In this document: in pieces, positions 55,228 to 64,000 of the stretch
Numbering within the stretch: the stretch's first letter is position 1
Layout of the letters: the number at the start of each line of letters is the position of its first letter
Assembly (NCBI GenBank): GCA_965215005.1
Contig: CBDCCZ010000001.1
Coordinates: forward strand, 96,001 to 160,000
Direction of reading: 5' to 3'
DNA from: Kofleriaceae bacterium
GTDB lineage: Bacteria > Myxococcota_A > Polyangia > Haliangiales > Haliangiaceae
Length of the DNA stretch: 64,000 nucleotides
Notes under the pieces: model-generated
Databases searched by the model: none
What the model saw: only the letters and a program-made list of their open reading frames with translations
Told to the model about the DNA's origin: nothing
Made by a program: the position numbers and the translations under genes

Positions 55228-56764
55228 ATGGGGCAGAGCAGAAAAGAACTCCAACCACTTCATCCAGCACACCCGGTAGCGCTGCGCGACTATCAGCTCG
55301 AGGCACTGACGCGACTGGCCGCGCGCCGCGCCGCCGGCGTCGAGCGCATCTTGCTCGTCGCACCGACGGGCGCGGGCAAGACCACCATCGCCGCGCAGCT
55401 CGTCGCCGATGCCGTTCGAGCCGGAAAGCGCGTGCTGTTCATCGCGCATCGACGCGAGATCATCACGCAAGCCTACGAGCGCTTTGCCGACTTCGGGTTC
55501 GAGGAGCGGCAGCTCGGCGTCATCATGGGCACCGATCCGCGGACCAACGTCGGCGGCATCGTGCAAGTCGCCAGCATCGATAGCCTTCGGCGCAGGCGCA
55601 AACCTCTTGCGGATCTAGTCATCTGGGACGAGTGCCACCGCGCGATGGCGGCGACGTACCGCGAGACGCAGAAGCACTACGACCGCGCTACCCATCTAGG
55701 GCTCACCGCGACGCCTTACCGCGCCGATGGCCAGGGTTTGCGCGAAGCGTTTGACGAGCTTCTCATCGTCTCGACGCCGCGGCAGCTAATTGACGCTGGC
55801 TATCTCGTCGAGCCGCTGGTCTACACGTTGCCGCCGGAGAGGCTGCCTGACCTATCACGTGTCCGCGTGCGCGGCGGCGACTATGAAGCGGGCGCGCTGG
55901 GACGGGCAGTGAATCGAGCAGCCATCGTCGGCCAGCTCGTTACGCAGTGGCAACGACACGCAAGCGAGCTTCGCACCGTCGTCTTCGCAGTCAACATTCC
56001 CCATTCGGAGCACATCACCCTGCGCTTCCAGCAGGCTGGCATCGCCGCCGAGCATCTCGATGGCCGCACTCCCAAACCCGAGCGTGATGCGATTCTCGCG
56101 CGTCTAGATACCGGCGAGACGCAGGTGGTGTCCAACGTGGGCGTGTTGCAGGAGGGCTGGGATCAGCCGTCGGTGAAATGCGCCATTCTCGCGCGTCCAA
56201 CGCAGTCGACCGGCCTCTACATTCAGATGGCCGGCCGCATCTTGCGCCCTTGGCAGAACTCGCGGGCGGTGATCTTAGATCACGCTGGTTCCGTCTATGC
56301 CCACGGCCTGCCCCATAGCGACCGACACTTCACGCTAGAAGACGGCGAGCTCCGCGAGCGCTCTGAGGCCGTGCCGCGTCGCTGTCCCGCGTGCAGCGTC
56401 GTGATTGCGCCCGTTGCCCAGACGTGCCCTTCCTGCGGCATTGAGCTGCCGCGTCCCAGAGCTGCCAAGCGAGACCGAAGCCGAGCTCACGTTGGTAACG
56501 CCCGAGGCCTACGCCAGCGATTCTGCCGAGAAGAAGGCCCACTGGAAAGCGCTGTGCGAAACCGCCGAAGAACGCGGCTTCAAGCCGGGCTGGTGCAGCC
56601 ATCGCTTCAAAGACCGCTTTGGGCACTGGCCGCCACGCCACTTCCCACCACCGTCGACAGAGGCCGCGTGCCGCCGCGCTCGAACCGATCGCTTCCTGCT
56701 CGAATCCGCCCAGCGCGGAGCTCGCATCACCTGGGACGCCATTGATCAACTGAGGAAGGGGTAA
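55228..56764 (+). CDS. SF2 DEAD/DEAH helicase with zinc finger, +1 frameshift near 56456
   Basis: LRDYQ, PTGAGKT, DECH, LTATPYR, EGWD.P, QMAGR, CPAC...CPSC; tail ERGFKPGWCSHRF in the next frame. Confidence 0.88.
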
Positions 56765-56767
56765 CCG

Positions 56768-59702
56768 ATGCAGATCGCGGTTGCTCCCAACAAGTTCTCG
56801 CGCGGGTTCCGCTGTGGCGATTTGCAAAGCGTTCCGCATGGCTATGCAGTATTGCCGCTGCTCGAGGCCCTTGGCCACACGTACGAATCCGATGCGCACG
56901 CCGTGCAGTACGTCGTTTCGGGGTGGGAGCTGCAGCCGCGCATCAACAAGAGTGGCTTGGTCCATTGGACAGGCCCCATGCCGCTCGTGCACGTGCTCTT
57001 CGTCGATGTCGACAATGCGGGGCACGCAGCGTGGGACGAGGCGAGCTATGCAGCCTCGCTCGTAGAGGACGGCTTGCCAATCGTATCCACCGCCGGCGTC
57101 TACTACACCGCCCACGGCAAACGCTACGTACAACCACTGCCGGAGCCTGTGCCCGTGACCGAGGTCGAGCGCTTCATCGCTGGTTACTTCCTCGAGCTCG
57201 GCAGCGCCGGCATTCGCTACGAAGAGAACTGCAGCGACTGGACTCGACACTTTCGCCTGCCAAACGTGCTGCGCGATGGACATCCGTATCAATCGCCACG
57301 GATCGACCTGCAGCGCATGCAGCCGCGGCGCATCGAGCCGGTGGCGCGTGCCATCGCCGTGCCTGCGAAGGTGCGCAGCTGCCGCAAACGGGCTTCAGAG
57401 CCCGCGCTGGCGCCGGTTGATTGGCAGGCGGATGCACCCGCCCACTGGGCCGAGCGCATTCCGGTGCTGGCGGAAGCAATTGGTCAAGTCGACAGTGAAT
57501 GGCACACGCTGTTTTCTCGCGCTTTCTGGTGCGCTCTTGGCGCGTGGCGTCCTGCCGGAACAGCTGCCGGCGCTGGTGCGGGCAATCTCAAAGGCAACAG
57601 CCAACGACACGCGAACCGAGGACCGCGTGACGTGCGCCGAGTCGACCGTGGAAGCAACGCTGATGAACCGGCCGCATACGGGCTATCGAAATCTGCGCGA
57701 GCGATGGCCCGCCGTGGCCGCCGCGCTGGACGCCGTCACGGCCAAAGGCCACGCGGCGGTCGTTCATGCGCTGGCGCAGGCCAAGCCCGAGAACGATGCG
57801 CTGATGGCCAAAGAAGAGGCCGCGACTGAAGTGGAGCGCGCCATCGTCAAAGCGCCCGCCGGCGTCTCGTTCATCGCCACTGACTGTGGCTTGGGCAAGA
57901 CCCACGCCGGCATTCGGGTGGCGATCCAACGGGCCAGCAAAGTGCATGCCTCCGAAGCGATCAGCGACCGGGCGCCAGCGGACTCCAAGACGGCCATCAG
58001 CGTCGATAAGCATTCGCTGGCCATGCAAGTGGCTGAAGATATCAAGGCGCAAGGCGTGGCGGTTCTTCGCCTCTTTGGGCCGCTGTCGCTACGCGATGAA
58101 GACGACAAGCCCGTGTGCATGTACTTTAAAGAGGCCGAGCCGCTCGTTGCGGCCGGGCAGCCGCTCGACTGGCTCTTCTGCAAAGGGCAAGGTCGTCAGG
58201 AATGCCCGCTATTTGAGACGTGTCCCGCGCGCGAAGGCCAAGAGGGCGATCCGGACGCCCGCATCGTCGTTGGTCCGCACGCGCTTCTCAATCGGCTCAC
58301 GTCCCGCGTGGGGCAGAATCTCGTGCTCGTCGATGAGCCGCCAGTCGTTATCGACGTTCAATCCTTTGCTGCGGACGACCTCGAGGAGACCGAGAACCAC
58401 TTGAGCGAGTTCGTGCGCGAGACCGTGGACCTCGTGAAAGACGGCTTGGCCGAGGTCCGCGCCTGGTTCGATCGCGCCAAGCCCGGCGAGATGCTGCGCT
58501 TGCACGATCTGGTTCGCTCCGGCGAAGGACAGTCTCCTCTCTTCGTCGATCCGGACACCCCGCCCACGCCGCAGCTCACCGTCCTTGCCGGCACCAGAGC
58601 ACGCAAACAAGCATCGTTTGCCGCCGCGCTCGCGACCCCTTCGCGGATTCTCGGCATGATCTTGCGAGCCCTCACCCTTCGCGGCAACCCCGCCTTCTGC
58701 GTTGAGCGGGTCAAAGGCGAGAAGCGCCTCGTCGTGCGCGATTTGCACCGCGCCTGGGACGTCATCAGCAACCCCGAGCGCACCGGCGCCACCATCCTCC
58801 TCGACGCCAATGCTGCGCTCCATCGGCCGCTGGTGACCAAGCTCCTCGGCTATGAGCCGCCCATCACCGCCATCTCCGCCCCCGACGGCGCGCCCATCGC
58901 GCGCACCCTCCGCTACCGCAAAGGCGCCACGCGCAAAGGCTGGTTCGCCAAAGGACAGCTGCAGCTCAACCCGCACCCCATGAGCTGCGTTGCCGAGATG
59001 ATCGCGTGGCTCAAGAGCGATCCGCCGCCCACCAAGTCCGGCATCATCAGCATGCGGCCCATCGCTGTTGCCTTAGAAGCCGCCAGAGCCCCGCAGAACG
59101 ACAACCTGCCCGCGCAGTGGGTTGCGCTCGGCCAGGCGCCCGAGACGCTCACCGCCGCGCAGAACGCCCTGGGGCCGCTCATGGAGCAGATTCCCGGCGA
59201 CGTCGTCTTCGGCTACTACGGCGGCCTGCGCGGCCTCAACCACATGAAAGACGTCGACAAGCTCGTCACCCTCGGCGATGCCTATCCAAACCTCGAAGAC
59301 GTCAAAGCCGAGCTCCTCGTCCTGCGGATGGATGCCGCCAACCTATGGGAAGCGCGCCTCTCCGGCCTCTGCCGCGCCGAGCTCGAACAAGCCCACGGCC
59401 GCCTGCGAACCATCCATCGCACCAAGCCCGGCTACGCGCTGCATATCGGCCGCGAGCTGCCGAGTGGGCATGCGTGGGGTGATGGCAGCGTGACCGTGGT
59501 CGGTGACCGGGGCGGACGAGGTAGATCATCTGTTCCCACGGCCATGAAGGAGCTCGAGGACGCCGTCGCCCGTGCCGGTGGCCTCAGGCATCTCGCCGAC
59601 GCCCTCGGCATCTCTCACAGCACACTCTCGAAATGCCGAGCTCGAGGCCGGGTGACCGTCCTGGTGTCGAGGCAGCTCAGAGAGTGGTTGAAGGTAGGAT
59701 AA
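56768..59702 (+). CDS. AEP-type primase fused to a helicase-like domain and C-terminal HTH, +1 frameshift near 57514
   Basis: LFVDVDN, YYTAHG, DWTRHFRLP; after removing one T: GLGKT, LVLVDEPP, LLDA, QAHGRLR; HTH LRHLADALGISHSTLSK. Confidence 0.7.
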
Positions 59703-59724
59703 ACATGAAGTGTGAGTCAGCTTC

Positions 59725-59789
59725 GGTGACGAAACTACTTATTAGATATCTAATAAGGGGTTTCGTCACCACTTTGTGGATTTCGTCAC
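59725..59789. repeat. 46-bp near-perfect palindrome plus a third TTTCGTCAC copy, candidate origin
   Basis: GGTGACGAAAC-TA-CTTATTAGATATCTAATAAG-GG-GTTTCGTCACC (59725-59770) and TTTCGTCAC (59781-59789). Confidence 0.85.
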
Positions 59790-59899
59790 AGCCACGGCCC
59801 TTCACCCGAATCCATGGTCGGACCTTTCGACATCAACAGACGGACGCCACGAAGCCTCAACGCGTTCAGAGTTCAGGGAGGCAGGCCGATTAGATTCGT

Positions 59900-60415
59900 G
59901 TGCAGGAGAAAACACGGTCCAGATGGCGCGTCTTGACGATGATGACGATCCTGGTCGCTTATCGCATTACCCCGGCGGCGCACGCAGATGCGGGTCCCGA
60001 CGACCTCGAGTTCGCCGTGAGCACCGCGAAGTGCAAACAGGCGTTCACCGACCACTGGGAGGAGGCGCATATGGTTCGGACTGCTGATGGCGACCCGCCG
60101 TTCTTCTTCTGTAAGAGGTTCGATGGCCGCGTTGAGTGTGCCGGAGGGTTCTTCTCCGAGGCTGAGAATGCCAGGAAAGATGCTCGGAAACACACTCTTC
60201 GAGTCGTGCGACAGAACGAAGACCTAGGATTCTATGTTCTCAGGAATGAAGCACTAACTATGGTGATCACTCTTGCACTGAACCGCGCGAGTTTGATCGT
60301 ACAGAGTATCGACCCATTGGACGACCGCCTGGTTGTGAGCGTCAAGGTTTGTTCGGGATTGGCGCTCACCCGTAAAGAACTGGAGGACGCGAGGAACGAA
60401 GGTTCGGCGAGATGA
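59900..60415 (+). CDS. hypothetical secreted protein (cargo)
   Basis: signal-like N-terminus ending AHA; four Cys. Confidence 0.55.
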   Translation: MQEKTRSRWRVLTMMTILVAYRITPAAHADAGPDDLEFAVSTAKCKQAFTDHWEEAHMVRTADGDPPFFFCKRFDGRVECAGGFFSEAENARKDARKHTLRVVRQNEDLGFYVLRNEALTMVITLALNRASLIVQSIDPLDDRLVVSVKVCSGLALTRKELEDARNEGSAR

Positions 60416-60786
60416 AAAATGCGCGAATCTGATACGAGATCAGACGTTGGGTCATCATGCGTTGGCTGTTACGCAGCAGCCTACCTGACGGCGCACAGCG
60501 TTTTCCGACGTGGGCTGAACGAGGGATTCGAGCCGCGGCGAAGCCGACCGCGCTCATCGTCGGGCGCTTTTCTTGCCCCGTGGCAGGCGGCGTCGTAGAG
60601 CGCTCGTTCTCGCGGCATTCATCATACCCTTCGCGGTGGTCTGCGGAACCGATCCCAACAATCCTAGTGGTTAGCGACAGCTAGGGCGTGGAGATAGTCA
60701 AAGAGTGACTCTGCGCAAGCGTCACCTCATGCGTGCATCGCCGCCGCGCCAAGAGCGCTTAGTCGAAAGTCGTTGGAGGAAAGCCG

Positions 60787-61248
60787 ATGGAAATAGATCT
60801 CTTCGAACGCTGGAAGGAAGTCGAAGGCGTGGCCATGCACTTCAATGAGTTGATCCTTGGCTTCCGGACTCAGGCACTTGCGGCCGTGAGCGTCGCAGGC
60901 GGCATATCTACTGCTGTGCTCACGAAGGGAGAACCGGACAGGCTGCATTTCCGCCTATTGGGATGGGTGCTGGGACTTCTCCTCGCACTGTGGGCCGCAA
61001 TTTTTTTTCTGGACTCGCTCTACTACCAGAAGCTGTTGCGTGGCGCAGTTGACGAGGCTAAGCGACTCGAGGCAGAAAGTGCCGGGGCATTGCAGATGAG
61101 TACCGCTATTGAGATGCAATTCGAGGGCTGCTGGAAGGGCCATCACCTCTTCTACAGCTTGCCAGCTGTTGCTCTTCTTGTTGGACTAACCTTGTGCTTT
61201 TGGCGCGGTGGGAAGTCCAAGAACAGCGGCAGCGGGCCGCCGTCGTAA
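60787..61248 (+). CDS. small three-TM membrane protein (cargo)
   Basis: GGAGG RBS; HFNELILGFR, two TM, FLDSLYYQKLLRGAV, third TM. Confidence 0.7.
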   Translation: MEIDLFERWKEVEGVAMHFNELILGFRTQALAAVSVAGGISTAVLTKGEPDRLHFRLLGWVLGLLLALWAAIFFLDSLYYQKLLRGAVDEAKRLEAESAGALQMSTAIEMQFEGCWKGHHLFYSLPAVALLVGLTLCFWRGGKSKNSGSGPPS

Positions 61249-61261
61249 GGGAGCCCGTGAG

Positions 61262-62197
61262 TTAGCGCCAACGGCCCTCGAGCGAGGCGCCGCAGCCCGC
61301 TGAGATCCGCATCCAGCGCATCTCAGAGCCCGCGCCGCCCATCCAGCGCACGCCATCGTCATCCACGCGGCGCAACGTGCCTGAGGCCTCCAGCGGCGCG
61401 CAGACGCGCTTGATCAGCGTCTGCCCCGTGACATGCAGCCCGAGCATCTGCGCCAGATCGTGCGTCGCGTACGGCTTCTCCGGCTTCATCGACGAAACCA
61501 GCTCCGCCTGCAGCGCTAGCCAGTCGCGGCTTCGGCCGTTCGTCCGACCGGGCGACGGGCGTACCGGCCCCGGCTCGCGAGTCTCACCGCTGGCGTCGAC
61601 CTCGGCGGCATCACCATTGTCGTGATCGCCGTCGTTTTCATCTCGGAGGTACTCCTCGTCGTCATCATGGGCCCAGAGCGCCAGCTGGGGCTTCGCGCGG
61701 TTCGGCGGGAAGAACGCCCAGCCGTCGCGAGTGAACTGCGGCACCACCCAACGCACATTCTGCGTCCCTGTCCCTGGCCGCCACGGGAAGCCGTCGGCGT
61801 CGTACTTCTCCAGCTCGCCCGACTGCACCAGCGGCGCCAGGGCACGATTGATGAAGGCCGTGCGACTGGCGTCTTTCATGCCGAGCATCGCCCGGAGCTC
61901 GGCAGTGCAATACATCAGCCCCGGGTCTGCCTTCGCCAGCAGGCGCTCGCGCACCTGCCGCCAGCTGATGCGCTGCGCGCATGATCCGATGCGCTCCTGG
62001 CGCGGCCGCTTCGCCGGCAGGGCCGTCCTGCTGCTGCCGCCCATGGGAGGTGAAGCAAGGCCCACCGCAAGCGCCTCACGGGCGGCAGCGAGCGCGTGCG
62101 ACGCCTCAGCGACCACCTCGAGCTGGCGATCATAGGCGGCAGCGAGCTCAGAAACACTCCAGTCGCGGTACGCAGAAGCCATAGCGGCCGCGTTCAT
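61262..62197 (-). CDS. protein with two repeated winged-helix domains and an acidic linker
   Basis: internal duplication W....L......Y.T..L..MLG......I.R..APL..SG.L...D.DG..W..G.G....RW; start uncertain. Confidence 0.7.
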   Translation of the reverse strand: MNAAAMASAYRDWSVSELAAAYDRQLEVVAEASHALAAAREALAVGLASPPMGGSSRTALPAKRPRQERIGSCAQRISWRQVRERLLAKADPGLMYCTAELRAMLGMKDASRTAFINRALAPLVQSGELEKYDADGFPWRPGTGTQNVRWVVPQFTRDGWAFFPPNRAKPQLALWAHDDDEEYLRDENDGDHDNGDAAEVDASGETREPGPVRPSPGRTNGRSRDWLALQAELVSSMKPEKPYATHDLAQMLGLHVTGQTLIKRVCAPLEASGTLRRVDDDGVRWMGGAGSEMRWMRISAGCGASLEGRWR

Positions 62198-62788
62198 ATC
62201 GCACCAAGCCCGCCGCGCCAAGCGCTGTCTTCCTCGCCGTCGGGGAGGAGAGCTACCGCCGCGGCCGAGGAGCTCGAAATCTGGACTCGCTCGCAAGCGC
62301 CCGGTCTGGGGACACTTTGCTGCACCAATTAAGGTGACTTATTATCTCTCAACATAACACGCATCGGATCTGCAGATAAATGCGATGCGTATTTATCCAT
62401 TAATCAGTATTAGGATCTCTAAAGAGGCGCATGATTTTTTCCAGTCCACATCCGGCGATTGTCATCTGAGTGCGCGCTGCTGGTGATCCTATCGAGTGAA
62501 GCCGCGTCTCCTATGGGTATCCTGTAGAAGACAGGCAGCGAGGTCAAGTAAGAAATGGAGCCCCGAGCGTTCACCAAGGCTCGCGGGGGTCCTATCAAGC
62601 CTAGCTCCTGGACCGTCGTGGAGGACCGCACCTTCGCTCCGCCATTCCCGCCGAACGCACCACTTTGCGAGGCGCCGGACGGTCGAGTTGAGCGGCTCGT
62701 CCACCGAGCAGCCGTCGCCGACACGGGGGCCTCTTCGAGCTGCAGCCGCCGGTCACTGCAAGAAAAATGAAAAAAGTGAGCGTGCCGA

Positions 62789-62817
62789 TGTCCCCGTTCT
62801 GAGTTGGCACTGCCTCT
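62789..62817 (+). promoter_or_regulatory. element motif TGTCCCC-N15-TGCCTCT, copy 3
   Basis: TGTCCCCgttctgagttggcacTGCCTCT preceded by A5 and A6 tracts; about 48 nt before the nuclease ATG. Confidence 0.75.
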
Positions 62818-62865
62818 GTCCCCGTAGGGGCCGACAAAACGACGGCTCGAAGGAGGCAGAAGGCA

Positions 62866-64000
62866 ATGACGCAGACTCAGTCACTTACGGGCGCTCTCAG
62901 CGCCGAGACGTACAGCTACACGAAGCTCAACACGTATGAGGAATGCCCGCGGCGCTACAAGTTGCGGTATCTGGACGATGCGGAGGCGGAGCCGGGGGAG
63001 GCGCTTCGGTTTGGGAAGGCGCAGCACCAGGTTTGCGAGGGGCTGTTGCGCGAGCATGTGGCCCAGGAGCGGCTTGGGCGGCTTTCGGCGGAGCGAGCGG
63101 TGGAGCTTTGGCGGGAGGCGTGGACGGAGCATGAGCTCAGCGGGGCGGGGTTGTTTACAGAAGGGGTGCGCATGCTGCGGGGGTTCGTCGCCAGCGAGGG
63201 CGATGTGGATTACCGGCGCGTGCTGGGGATCGAAGAGGCGTTCACGGCCTCGATTGGTGGCATTGCAGTGCGGGGCGTCATCGATCGCATCAACCGCATT
63301 GATCACGAGACGGTGGAGGTTGTTGACTACAAGACGAACCGGCTGATCAACAGCCGACAAGAAGTGGACGAGAATCTACAGCTGTCGGTCTACGCAATTG
63401 CCGTTCGGCAGCTGTTTCCGTGGGTTCGCCAGGTTCGGCTCACGCTGCACTTTCTGCGGCATGGGGTCAAGATCAGCACGACGCGGACGGAGGAGGAGCT
63501 GGCCGCTGTCTCCGAGTACGTGCGGGTGCTCGTTGGGCAGATTGAAGCCGATCATGCGTTCGAGGCGCGTCTCCAGTCGAGCTGCCAGTACTGCGAGCAT
63601 CGGAAGAGCTGCGCCGCTTACCAGACGGCGCTGGCGGGCAACGTATCGATCATCGCCTCCGAACCGGAGGACCTGGAGCGGGTGGCGGTTGAGCGAGAGA
63701 CGGTGGCGGGGCTGGCCAAGCTCTATGGAAGTCGACAGCGTGAGCTCGACGGCATCCTGCGCGCCAAGCTCGACTCGGTGGAGTCGCTCGAGCTGGCAGG
63801 GCGCCGCTATCGCGTCGTGAACACAGCCCGCAAGACGTTCCCGCTGGATCGGACGGTGCAATCACTCAGCGATGCCTCCGGTCTGCCCGCGAACGAGGTG
63901 CGCGAGCAAGTGTCCACCGTCGACAAGGCGCAACTCGACAAGCTCGTGGGCACGTTGAAGCCGAGCCTGTCTAAGTCGCGGTTCAAGCTCTTGCGGCTGG
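62866..64000 (+). CDS. PD-(D/E)XK RecB/AddB/Cas4-like nuclease, runs off the window end
   Basis: manual translation: SYTKLNTYEECPRRY...FGKAQH...RGVIDRI...VVDYKT...QLSVY...CQYCEHRKSC; AAGGAGG RBS; absent from the ORF track because there is no stop. Confidence 0.88.
   Translation, partial: MTQTQSLTGALSAETYSYTKLNTYEECPRRYKLRYLDDAEAEPGEALRFGKAQHQVCEGLLREHVAQERLGRLSAERAVELWREAWTEHELSGAGLFTEGVRMLRGFVASEGDVDYRRVLGIEEAFTASIGGIAVRGVIDRINRIDHETVEVVDYKTNRLINSRQEVDENLQLSVYAIAVRQLFPWVRQVRLTLHFLRHGVKISTTRTEEELAAVSEYVRVLVGQIEADHAFEARLQSSCQYCEHRKSCAAYQTALAGNVSIIASEPEDLERVAVERETVAGLAKLYGSRQRELDGILRAKLDSVESLELAGRRYRVVNTARKTFPLDRTVQSLSDASGLPANEVREQVSTVDKAQLDKLVGTLKPSLSKSRFKLLRL

Noticed and set aside
50600..57520. 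Programmed ribosomal frameshifting as the explanation for the split genes
   Set aside because: The four sites share no slippery sequence or stimulatory structure; sequence error or decay is simpler.
62308..62314. Fourth copy of the element motif (TGTCCCC on the minus strand)
   Set aside because: The sequence 15 nt downstream is GAGCGAG, not TGCCTCT, so it is a half site only.
62419..62770. Short ORFs between the wHTH gene and the nuclease
   Set aside because: No recognisable motifs or clear RBS; cannot be supported as genes.
62866..64000. CRISPR-associated Cas4
   Set aside because: No array or cas1/cas2 in the window; treated as a solo mobile-element nuclease.

Overview
High-GC window from a probable myxobacterium (FHA-sigma54 activator, Ser/Thr kinases with PEGA domains, TPR lipoproteins). 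Bases 1-47.7 kb are host chromosome. They carry stress genes (CsbD, YflT-like, MscS, DUF2188, YihY), several with sigma54-type promoters, a DUF1549/1553-DUF1501-kinase-activator operon, sdhCAB, a CHASE hybrid kinase, tRNA-Leu, kinase/TPR/PEGA modules, a DUF4331 cluster, tldD/pmbA-like genes, tig-clpP-clpX and lon, and tRNA-Val and tRNA-Asp. From 47.7 kb to the window end is an integrative element inserted at the tRNA-Asp 3' end. Its tyrosine integrase reads through the att site into the tRNA, as in phage Mx8. The element also encodes xis-like, antirepressor-like, SSB-like and sigma-like proteins, an uncharacterised gene pair, an SF2 helicase, an AEP primase-helicase followed by a 46-bp palindrome, cargo genes, a tandem Z-alpha-like winged-helix protein and a Cas4/AddB-like nuclease. 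The most striking unannotated signal is a bipartite motif, TGTCCCC-N15-TGCCTCT, found three times in the element, each time just ahead of a gene block. I infer it is the private promoter of the element's sigma-like factor. All protein assignments are from motif recognition by eye; no database searches were run.
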